DNA of 64,000 nucleotides from Candidatus Ferrigenium bremense. Lineage in GTDB: Bacteria; Pseudomonadota; Gammaproteobacteria; Burkholderiales; Gallionellaceae. This document shows, one piece after another, positions 1-7,898 of this stretch. Numbering within the stretch: the stretch's first letter is position 1; every line of letters begins with the position of its first letter. Below the pieces are notes generated by a model, which worked only from the letters and a program-made list of their open reading frames with translations, had not been told where the DNA came from and ran no database searches. The stretch spans positions 21,749-85,748 of the forward strand of contig JAGRPI010000002.1 of NCBI GenBank assembly GCA_019449635.1. Reading direction: 5' to 3'. The translations under genes and the position numbers were made by a program.

Positions 1-359
1 TGGCGATCAAGTCACTAAATTTCCGCAAAGGCCGATGACCGGTCGTCGGCCGAGCTGCCTGTTGCAGCTACATCATTGACCGTCGGCTTATGGCACTGAG
101 TTACTCGTCGGTCATTGTAATAGCCACCCCGGAAGCAGTCAGAATAGTTGCAAACGAACACTGCTTGCGTGTCTGTAGTGATCTTGCACAAAAGCGGTGA
201 GCAATTGACGATGAAATTCATATCCATACAGCATAGATAACTATCTGATACAAATAGAAGTATTTGATTTTTCTCCCATCTGTGCCGCATAATGTTAAAT
301 GCTAAAAGCCTTTCTCACCCGGGAAAGCGCAACGCAGAAAGAAGTAAGGTGGGCGAAAA

Positions 360-761
360 ATGATTAAACACGGGCTTGACCGCGCATCCGTCGATTTCCT
401 TGCGAAGCTGTCGAAAAGGCTCAAGGCCGAGTCCGGCTTCCATTTCGATACGGTCGCTGACGTTCCGGAGCGCCTCCTGTCAAGGTGGCGCGTGGAAAAG
501 GTCTGGGCGGATGAAGATGCAACCTTTCATTTCTATGGCTACGATCACGGGGGGTCATGCGGTCGGGTTTCGACGGCGATTCTATCCTTCGATCCCAGCA
601 CCATTACCGGGAAGACCGAGAGTGGTCGGATCTATCATCTGATCGGCAAGCCCGGATTCTGCGACGATGCGGACTACGTCATGACAAATTGGTTCTCTCG
701 GTTCAGGCATGAGGACGGAACCGATGAGTTTATCCGGAAATACATGGTCCAAAAGACATGA
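360..761 (+). CDS. Hypothetical protein (133 aa)
   Basis: ATG-start ORF with plausible composition (GRVSTAILSFDP...GKTESGRIYHLIGKPG); overlaps the next ORF by 4 nt, as in an operon. No function recognised. Confidence 0.6.
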   Translation: MIKHGLDRASVDFLAKLSKRLKAESGFHFDTVADVPERLLSRWRVEKVWADEDATFHFYGYDHGGSCGRVSTAILSFDPSTITGKTESGRIYHLIGKPGFCDDADYVMTNWFSRFRHEDGTDEFIRKYMVQKT

Positions 762-1087
762 ACAAAATCATTCTCAAGCACTCGATGACTGACGCCCGTG
801 ATTGCACCCTTGACTGGGAAGCAGATTTTGAAAAAATGGAGATGGTGCTCTACGTAACACTTATTTCACCAGGGCTGATACTGGATTTTTTAAGTTCACT
901 CCCCAGCAGGGATCAACGATTCGCCAGGATTGGCATTGCCAATGCGCTACAGATCAGCAATCGCTTCAATATCAAACTGTTCGTTGCCCATAGCGGCAGC
1001 AAGGTTTGCTACAGGCCAAGGCTATTTTTGTTGCAAGCAATCAGTGAGAAGAATGACCGGCTGGAAATCGAGTTGCTACCTTGCTAA
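758..1087 (+). CDS. Hypothetical protein (109 aa)
   Basis: ATGA start/stop overlap with the upstream ORF; no motif recognised. Confidence 0.5.
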   Translation: MNKIILKHSMTDARDCTLDWEADFEKMEMVLYVTLISPGLILDFLSSLPSRDQRFARIGIANALQISNRFNIKLFVAHSGSKVCYRPRLFLLQAISEKNDRLEIELLPC

Positions 1088-1184
1088 ATTTCTTTCAAAA
1101 TTTCCTCAGTGGATGATATTTTCGAAAGTTTTGGCAACCACCGCCTCTGGCATCGAGCTGTTAACACCGTTGCATTAACCTGTC

Positions 1185-1859
1185 TCAATCTTCAATTTCG
1201 ATACACTTTTTATACTGCCCAAAGCTAGGCAACGGCCTTGAGGGATCCCACCCGCGCCACTCTTTGCCGGGGTACATCCGGGACCAATTCTGGTGAGCGC
1301 GGCGAATAAGACGCGTTAACCAAGTGCGGATCCCGTGGTGCATTGGCCTCCTCGTCTGCATCTCGAGGAAGCCAGCCAGCTCTTGAGGCGCAGTCTTCAA
1401 AAGCTGACCGATATGGTGGTCAAGCTGCCGCTGCACGTCAGGCTTGATATGCCACGACCACCTTGTCCCACCGCCCTCTAACCTGTGCCGTTGATCTGAG
1501 TAGAGCACATAGTCGTTCCAGACAACGCGCCCGGGGTTCGTCCTTGCATCCTTCAACTTGCTGTTTTCCTGGATCGGGCCACCGCCATCACTGGCAATCA
1601 GGAACCAGACATACCCGCCCTCCAGCTCATGTTTTGAGGTAGGCGCGACCACGAGGTGCGCATTCGCCAACCCCTTTTTCTTTCGCCAACTTCTTTGGTG
1701 CGGCTTCAGATCCGTGCCGTAATGCTCGCTGAATTTTGCAGCCAGACTATCAAGTTTTTCACGACTGTCGACCACCCCGCCAACCCACCAATGAAAGCCT
1801 TTAGGCACTATACGCAACAGGAATCGCTGCGCTTCAGATTGTCTTGTGAATAGGTTCAT
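1185..1859 (-). CDS. Hypothetical basic, Trp-rich protein (~224 aa) divergent from the permuted intron RNA
   Basis: Long ORF; ATG at 1859 preceded by AAAGGAG RBS (MNLFTRQSEAQ...). Confidence 0.8.
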   Translation of the reverse strand: MNLFTRQSEAQRFLLRIVPKGFHWWVGGVVDSREKLDSLAAKFSEHYGTDLKPHQRSWRKKKGLANAHLVVAPTSKHELEGGYVWFLIASDGGGPIQENSKLKDARTNPGRVVWNDYVLYSDQRHRLEGGGTRWSWHIKPDVQRQLDHHIGQLLKTAPQELAGFLEMQTRRPMHHGIRTWLTRLIRRAHQNWSRMYPGKEWRGWDPSRPLPSFGQYKKCIEIED

Positions 1860-1965
1860 TAAGTTTTCTCCTTTACGACTATAACGCAATTCAAGCGAAT
1901 CGGTTGACATAAGTCAAGCATAACTTAGTGATTGCAATACATGATTAGTTCAACTTCTATAAATA

Positions 1966-2000
1966 GGTTTTTCTGTATATGAAGGTGGTATAGAAAAACC
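1966..2000 (+). promoter_or_regulatory. Candidate extended -10 promoter for the intron RNA, inside a 9-bp inverted repeat
   Basis: TG-G-TATAGA at 1986-1994; arms GGTTTTTCT (1966-1974) and AGAAAAACC (1992-2000). Predicted start ~2001 coincides with the start of the 5' strand that pairs with the RNA tail. Confidence 0.45.
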
Positions 2001-3335
2001 ATCTTCTTTTTTGTTGAACAACATTTATAGGCACAACGTGCTGGTTTTTGGTTAGCGCATCATCGGGGATGGCGTTTCCTACTTCCTTCTTTCACCAAAG
2101 AAAGAGGAAAGCAGGGAGCGTCAACTCCGCCAGATTCCACACGTCAAGGGACGTATGTCCCGGGGTGCCAACCCCAGCTGTTGTTGCTAACAACGGCAAG
2201 CGCTGCTTTGAGCCGTGTGCAGAGAAATTTGCATGCACGGTTCAAGGACGGGGCAGCAGGGTAATCCCGCGCAAGCGGAGTAAACCTGTTGTTCCAGTCC
2301 ATGACTTACATGAAAGATGTAAGGCGTGCGACCAAGAAACGGGGATACGGAGGAAATGCCGTAAACCCTGCTCCATTAGGCAAGGAAGGAAAATCTTGTC
2401 GACGTGTGAATCGTCAACCGTGGGCTGCATGAAAGTGCAGAACGCGAGCCACCTGGGATGGCAGTCTATGCGGAAGAAATTTCTCGCATCGGGCTCATAG
2501 CGAAGTGTTAGAGAGTTCGGAGTACCTGATTGTGAACGTCGTCACGGACGGAAGCATGAAGGACTGGCTGATAGCTTAAACCGGCAAAGCACCTGCAATG
2601 GTGCAATTGGTGGAGTTGCAAAAAAGCCATTGAAAAATGGCCTGGCACTAGGGGTTGAGATACCCCGCTGCTCATCGAAACAGAGTCAATTCCGTAACCT
2701 TACTACTTTACCGCCTTCAGGAGGGTGAAATCGTGGAGATGTGCCGCGAGATAGAGGGTTGATGATCTGGATGATGTCTATGCAACGCAATAAAGATGGA
2801 AGCTAATTGGGGAAATATCAACGTTTTCGCGTGGGGTGGCACTCATGCGGTAGTCGCGTAACGAACGACCGTCAAACGTAGATATGAGAGAGTGGTCCGA
2901 ATAGAGTAAAAAACCGTTGCCCGAAAGGCGCGGTGACCCGGAACATTGGGCGATCGGCTTTGCAGCTGGTCGGAGAGTCTCGAAAGGCTGAGGTAGTGCG
3001 AAACGTGTGGAAAGACCGGGGAACCGGTACTGGTGATGTACTTGAAGGCCGCTTGGCGGCGGCTGGAGAGAGATGTAGCAACCGATGGGATCTTGACGGA
3101 TCCCATCTCAAGAAACACGGCCATTTTTGGCTAATGAATGCCCGTGAGGGTAGGACGAAGCTCGTCCATATTAAGTGGCAGTCACCGTTTAGCTGACTGT
3201 TGTTCTTCAACAAAAAAGAATGCCGTAAGGCAGGATAAGTAATGGGCGCAAGCCCGATAACGCCGGCATAGTCCCGTGCCGGAGAATCGTTCGAGGACAT
3301 AGAAGCCACCTGCAAAGGTGGCTTCTTCTTTTTTA
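2001..3335 (+). ncRNA. Circularly permuted, ORF-less group II intron ribozyme
   Basis: Canonical 34-nt DV at 2210-2243 (GAGCCGTGTGC-AGA-GAAA-TTT-GC-AT-GCACGGTTC; AGC triad). DVI 2246-2300 with bulged A2296 at -7 and terminal AT (2301-2302). Then a 23-nt spacer, then GTGCG at 2326. Many GNRA hairpins follow and a terminator closes the unit at 3301-3334. No DI upstream of DV and no DV downstream of GTGCG. Confidence 0.88.
3301..3334 (+). terminator. Intrinsic terminator of the intron RNA
   Basis: AGAAGCCACCT-GCAA-AGGTGGCTTCT (11-bp stem) followed by TCTTTTTT. Confidence 0.85.
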
Positions 3336-3574
3336 TTGTTTTGTTGTCAAGGGGTCTGCGTAATATGCACCCCCCCAACTTATTCGCGACCAACGGGAGC
3401 CCGCCATACCGTTGAATTTTGTAGTTTTCATCGCCCCCTACATGGGATAGGGAGGGGAGTGATGAGGGGCAGGGGAAGCCGCGAATGAGGCATCCCATCC
3501 CCTCGTCGTTGGGGATGGCGGCCGCCGGGGCGTTTCAAACGCCCCAAAAGGCGAAGTTCAACTCAGGGAGATTA

Positions 3575-3607
3575 AAATAAAAGACCACCTCCGAAGAAGC
3601 GGTCTTT
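3575..3607 (-). terminator. Intrinsic terminator after the 127-aa gene
   Basis: AAAGACC...GGTCTTT stem followed by a T-rich tract on the minus strand. Confidence 0.55.
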
Positions 3608-3616
3608 ACTTACTGT

Positions 3617-4000
3617 CTACGCCACGCCTGCTTTCGCACATTCCAGCGCTTCCGCCAGAGTCGCAAAACAACCCCAGTACGTCGGTCGATCCCATGCTCC
3701 ACCGTCAAGACAATGCACATCAAATCGAATCCCGTTAGGCCAAGCTTTAAACCACTCATCACAACCAATCGCTTCCCAGTAGGCTCGCCGTTGTTCTGCG
3801 TATTCGTCGGTGTGTTTTGCCAAATAAAAACCAGCCTCACAATACGACACAATATATGGCAGCCCGAAGAACTTTTGATGCGATTGCGGGCGTTGATCGT
3901 TAGGCGTGAAATCAAAACCTTTTGGCAACTTCGGATCGACAAGAATGCCCTTAATGCATCTATTGGCTTGGAACGACTTGCCATTGATAATAAATTTCAT
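3617..4000 (-). CDS. Hypothetical protein (127 aa)
   Basis: ATG with GGAG RBS, downstream terminator, conserved-looking C-terminus (FDVHCLDGGAWDRPTYWG). No function recognised. Confidence 0.7.
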   Translation of the reverse strand: MKFIINGKSFQANRCIKGILVDPKLPKGFDFTPNDQRPQSHQKFFGLPYIVSYCEAGFYLAKHTDEYAEQRRAYWEAIGCDEWFKAWPNGIRFDVHCLDGGAWDRPTYWGCFATLAEALECAKAGVA

Positions 4001-4118
4001 GTTGTTCTCCTTGAAAATTGAAAATTAAAAAGCCTCCCGGCATCAACTTATAATTGGAAATGTAATTCATCCACTTGTAAGACGAACGAGATTCCACCTT
4101 TCCGCCCTGCGCTTTCGA

Positions 4119-4250
4119 AAAGGCAAAGGCAAAGGCAAAGGCAACAACATAGTCGCTACGCTTGGAAAGTTTCTGGCCGCCTTCCTTGGCTGCAGGATGG
4201 CAAGAGCGCCATCCGCACCCAATTCCTTGCGGTTCCCTCGCTGCGCTCGG
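4119..4250. other. Candidate replication origin / single-strand initiation region downstream of rep
   Basis: (AAAGGC)x4 at 4119-4142; CTCGCTGCGCTCGG at 4237-4250, a motif I recall from ColE1-type origin regions. Confidence 0.35.
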
Positions 4251-4354
4251 CCAGTGTTGGGGGTCATACCGCAATCAACGTCAAAGTCAAAGGCCTACTG
4301 GCTGCGCCACAACACCTAGTAATACGCACGGACTTTGGACAGGCTGAAAGCACA

Positions 4355-5755
4355 CTAGGAACACCAGATACTTACGATTGACTTCGATACGCATAACTCT
4401 GCAGCAATCTCGCGAATCGACTTACCCGTTGCCCTCAGTAAACGAGCTGTAGCGCGTTTCTTATTGTTGGATGATATGTATGCCTCACGGCTTACCATAC
4501 CGGCACTCCTGCGCCGTTCCTGTTCGCGGATTCGATGGCGTTCTGCAGCGACGTCGCCACAAATGATTGTCCGAAGCTGCCGCTGCTCTTCATCTGTAAT
4601 CTGAAACAACTGGATCAGCGTATCGTTCTTCGGCGTGTAGAGCGCCGGCATCTCCTTGCCGCCCAGTATCACTGTCCTGCCAGCAGTAAAGTCCTTCGCT
4701 TTTAAGTACAGCGTTGACAGCTCATCGCGGCGCTTAAAGTCGCCAAAACCGAACTCGCGGCACAGCTCAGCGGCCTCATGCCACACCTGGTCAGGATTGG
4801 TTGCGCCAGATAACAACAGGAAATTAAGCGACCAGAACAGCGTATTCATTGACATGCCAGCCGGCACACCACCGCGCAGCTTCATCAACGTCCGGATATC
4901 TTCGACCCGATGCCACGCAAGTTGGCGACCAGAGAAACCACGGAGTCCAGAAGACTTGTTCTTTCCGCCCGGCAACAGCTCCAGATGAGCCTTTTTCGCT
5001 TCTCGCGCTTCCCTGGCTGCGACCATCCGGGCTTTTTCTTCTTCGCTGAAAGGATGGTTTTGCTTCTTCTTGTCGAAGACCGAATCATCCATACGATAAA
5101 CCGATAGCTCCTCAAAGTCATAGCGCTTGGGCAACCCGTCATCGCCGTCGGTAAAATCAAGTACGCGAACCGTGGCGCCTGACTTCGTGTTTATTGTGTC
5201 AACAAGGCGCAACACTCGAGATGCATCCTTCGCATTGGCGTCGGCGCCGATCTCGGCAAACAGATCAACCAACATTGCTTGAGTTGCATTCCAGCGCGGT
5301 AGCGCATGGCGTGGCAATGGCTTTTCCAACAGCCATTTGAGCTGGAGGCCTCGACCGGAGTGGATCGCGATCGAGGGATAGGGAATGTGGTTTTCCTCGC
5401 ACAAATAACGAATTGCTTGGTACGCCCATTCCGGAGTGACGCCGACGTTGTAGCAATCGATGTCAACAAACAACAAGCCAAGCCTCGCAAGATTGACGAT
5501 CCGGCGATTGGGCTTTGTGAATTCAGCTTGCGAGATCCATGTGTCGCGATCTTTCGGCAGCAGCCTGATTACCTCAGGCATGTCCGGCAACCTGTAGCTG
5601 CGCTGATGCTTCCTGTTTGTATCGGGAACCTGATACAAAACTGAGAAAAAGCCGAACCTACTAATGTCATGGTAATAGCTGGCCTCGGCTAGGGGGTCGA
5701 ATAAATCGAGTTGTTCAGTAGCAGGAACGATGTCCTGCGCGACGGCAGTTGACAT
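4355..5755 (-). CDS. Plasmid-type replication initiator, AEP primase-like N-terminus plus C-terminal HTH (~466 aa)
   Basis: LFVDID (motif I), SGRGLQ (motif II-like), DASRVLRL (motif III); C-terminal GKSIREIAAELCVSKSIV HTH; RBS GAAAGGA before ATG 5755. Confidence 0.8.
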   Translation of the reverse strand: MSTAVAQDIVPATEQLDLFDPLAEASYYHDISRFGFFSVLYQVPDTNRKHQRSYRLPDMPEVIRLLPKDRDTWISQAEFTKPNRRIVNLARLGLLFVDIDCYNVGVTPEWAYQAIRYLCEENHIPYPSIAIHSGRGLQLKWLLEKPLPRHALPRWNATQAMLVDLFAEIGADANAKDASRVLRLVDTINTKSGATVRVLDFTDGDDGLPKRYDFEELSVYRMDDSVFDKKKQNHPFSEEEKARMVAAREAREAKKAHLELLPGGKNKSSGLRGFSGRQLAWHRVEDIRTLMKLRGGVPAGMSMNTLFWSLNFLLLSGATNPDQVWHEAAELCREFGFGDFKRRDELSTLYLKAKDFTAGRTVILGGKEMPALYTPKNDTLIQLFQITDEEQRQLRTIICGDVAAERHRIREQERRRSAGMVSREAYISSNNKKRATARLLRATGKSIREIAAELCVSKSIVSIWCS

Positions 5756-5782
5756 GTCCTTATTCCTTTCGGTAATAAGGAC

Positions 5783-5884
5783 TTGCACAAAACGGCGAAA
5801 GCGGTTATATTGCGAATGTCATCGCCAAACGACACGCAGCAATACCCAGGGGCTTGTCACCATAAGGTGCAAGCCCTTTCTATT
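5783..5884 (+). ncRNA. Candidate counter-transcribed antisense RNA (ctRNA) in the rep leader, with promoter and terminator
   Basis: TTGCAC-17 nt-TATATT (5783-5811); hairpin GGGCTTG-T-CACC-ATAA-GGTG-CAAGCCC (5850-5876) followed by TTTCTATTT; predicted RNA ~65 nt. Confidence 0.6.
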
Positions 5885-6269
5885 TGCTGGATTCCAGGCC
5901 CGAGATGGAGTGCTGGGCGCGGAGTTCTTTCACAGTGAGATGGCGGCGGGAGGCTTCCGCAAGCTCACTGGCTGACGGCCGGCCAGTGCGCGCCGCCTGC
6001 TGCTTAGGTGGTTTAGCCTGGATAATTGGCAGGCCGGCCAGAAAGCGAACAATCTCGTCAGGATTGTAGAGACGTTTACCAGCCAGGCGGCGGTATGGAA
6101 TGTTACCAAGCCCACCGCGCAGTCGGTCCTGGCGCAAACGAGTAAGGCCAAACGGTAAGGGAGCGCCCAGCGCACGGAAATGCGCGATGAGTTTTTCATC
6201 GGTGAGGTAGAGGGCTGCTACAGGTGCTGCGATTTGAGCCGCAGCGGGCTGTGGAAGTTGAACACGCAT
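5880..6269 (-). CDS. Excisionase/AlpA-like DNA-binding protein
   Basis: Small basic protein with Xis-like IPYRRLAGKRLYNPDEIVRF segment, located between integrase and rep. Confidence 0.6.
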   Translation of the reverse strand: MRVQLPQPAAAQIAAPVAALYLTDEKLIAHFRALGAPLPFGLTRLRQDRLRGGLGNIPYRRLAGKRLYNPDEIVRFLAGLPIIQAKPPKQQAARTGRPSASELAEASRRHLTVKELRAQHSISGLESSK

Positions 6270-6742
6270 GATGGCGAATTCCCTTTCTTTCAAAAGTTAA
6301 TTCGCCGGGTGAGTTTTTGGGTGTTGCGCGGCTGATCTGTTGGTTACTGGTCCAAGCTCACTCGCTGCCTTCACCGCAGCAATATCCTGTCGGATATGAA
6401 CGTGCTTGCCTGATTCGGCGTAACCGCCGGCTTGAAAGGCTCCTCGCTGCGGCATGCTCCGCAAAGTACCCCGTCCAATCAAGACATAGCCAAATTATAT
6501 TCATTGCTCAACAAAACACAACATCTTTTCTTTAATTTCACTTATCTCCTTTCATCCTGAAAAGAGGAAGCGAAATTTCTGTTGATTTTATTGATTTTTG
6601 CGGCAGCGGCCGGGATGCCAAACAGGAGTCGGTGTCGAGCTTTTTTATCTGCATGGCGTGCAATATGTGGAGAATGTGCGCAAGCAAATCGCCGGAAGCC
6701 TTATGCCACAAGGGTTTGAGGTGTGTTGATACTGCGGCGTTG

Positions 6743-7807
6743 TTACCGCGCAGCCTGCATACGCTCAATTCCGGCGTGCAGCTCATCAACTCCGGCGTGA
6801 TAGTACCTGGCCGCCATAGCTGGCGTCTTCCAGCCCATGATCGCCATTAGGGTGAGCATAGGGTAATGTGGCGCCATGCGTGAAGCCGCCTCGTGGCGCG
6901 TGCAGTGAAAGACGCCACCCTCAATGCCGATTTTCTTGCAAGCCGACGTAAAGGCGCGGGAAAGCCCATCAGCGCTTGTTTTGCGAACCGTCTGGAATAC
7001 AAGGGCGCTTGAGTCGAGCGCCTGCGGTAAAGTGCCCAACAATTCCATGGCGCGAGGGGAGAGGGGCACTAAGCGCTTCTTGCGCTGGCCGGATCTGCTG
7101 GATGTGTCTTTTCCCCACACTTCAACGATCCGCCGCGCCTTGTCGAGGTCGCGCCAAGCCATGCGCATCAATTCATCTTCGCGCATGCCGGTTTCGATGG
7201 CGAACTCCGCGATCACGACGTACTGCTTGTTCCGGCACTTCCTCAACTCGTCGGACAGCTTCGGCCAGATATCCGGAGGGATACGCACGTCGCGCGCCTG
7301 GCTGCCACCCGGCTTGCTGATCTTCTTGGTAGGGTTCTCGATGGCGTAACCCCAATCCCGGCGCGCTGACTCAAACACATTCGAGATGGCGATGAGTTCA
7401 TGCTTGATCGTTTGCTCAGCGACCCCACCGCCACGCTTGGATTTATCCTTCCGGCGCTGCGCGATATGGTCTGCAAAGTCCTTCGGCAAACAGCGCGAGA
7501 TCGGCCGGTCGGCGAGTGGATGACGCAACCAGGCCTTGAGGCGCACAATTTCCTGCTTGGCTCCAAGCTTCTTCAAGCTCACCTCATCAATATACCGCTG
7601 GATTAAGTCGCGCAGTGGCGTGGCATCCAGCAAGCGGGTATCATTGTGCTGCGCGCGTTTGAGGTCGGCTTCCAGCGCCTGAGCCCAGTCTTCAGCCTCA
7701 CGCATTGTCGGAAATGATTTTGATTCTCGATGCATTAGTCCGGTCGCACGATTTTTCATCTCGACCTGCGCCCGGTAGCTACTTTTTCGTTTCTGGATCA
7801 TTGCCAT
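6743..7807 (-). CDS. int: Tyrosine recombinase (phage-type integrase)
   Basis: ETGMREDEL (catalytic R), FHCTRHEAAS (HxxR), MGWKTPAMAARYY (W/Y); adjacent to the att site. Confidence 0.95.
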   Translation of the reverse strand: MAMIQKRKSSYRAQVEMKNRATGLMHRESKSFPTMREAEDWAQALEADLKRAQHNDTRLLDATPLRDLIQRYIDEVSLKKLGAKQEIVRLKAWLRHPLADRPISRCLPKDFADHIAQRRKDKSKRGGGVAEQTIKHELIAISNVFESARRDWGYAIENPTKKISKPGGSQARDVRIPPDIWPKLSDELRKCRNKQYVVIAEFAIETGMREDELMRMAWRDLDKARRIVEVWGKDTSSRSGQRKKRLVPLSPRAMELLGTLPQALDSSALVFQTVRKTSADGLSRAFTSACKKIGIEGGVFHCTRHEAASRMAPHYPMLTLMAIMGWKTPAMAARYYHAGVDELHAGIERMQAAR

Positions 7808-7821
7808 GTTTTTTCTACAAC

Positions 7822-7842
7822 CCCGCCAAAAGCCCGCCAAAA
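7822..7842 (+). repeat. Paired 10-bp direct repeats, likely integrase arm-type sites
   Basis: CCCGCCAAAA at 7822-7831 and 7833-7842, between the int start and att. Confidence 0.45.
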
Positions 7843-7898
7843 CTCAACGGAGTTTATTTTAAGTGATTGATAGAAAAAGGGCAAATAAAAAATAAACT

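Noticed and set aside
2154-3301. TATGTCC (2154-2160) / GGACATA (3295-3301) as a closing helix
   Set aside because: Only 7 bp, competes with the local GGGAC-GTAT-GTCCC hairpin and is not nested with the stronger pairings; unresolved.
2001-3335. Reading the RNA as two fragments of ordinary tandem group II introns
   Set aside because: There is no room for DI-DIII upstream of DV, no DV downstream before the terminator, and leader and tail pair with each other, which indicates one unit.
2048-3498. ORFs 2048-2500, 2242-2430, 2843-3124, 2872-3498 and 2933-3196
   Set aside because: No RBS or protein motifs; they overlie ribozyme domains and terminators. None resembles an RT/maturase.
6297-6789. Small ORFs between xis and int
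   Set aside because: No convincing RBS or motifs, and partly overlapping int; cannot be supported.
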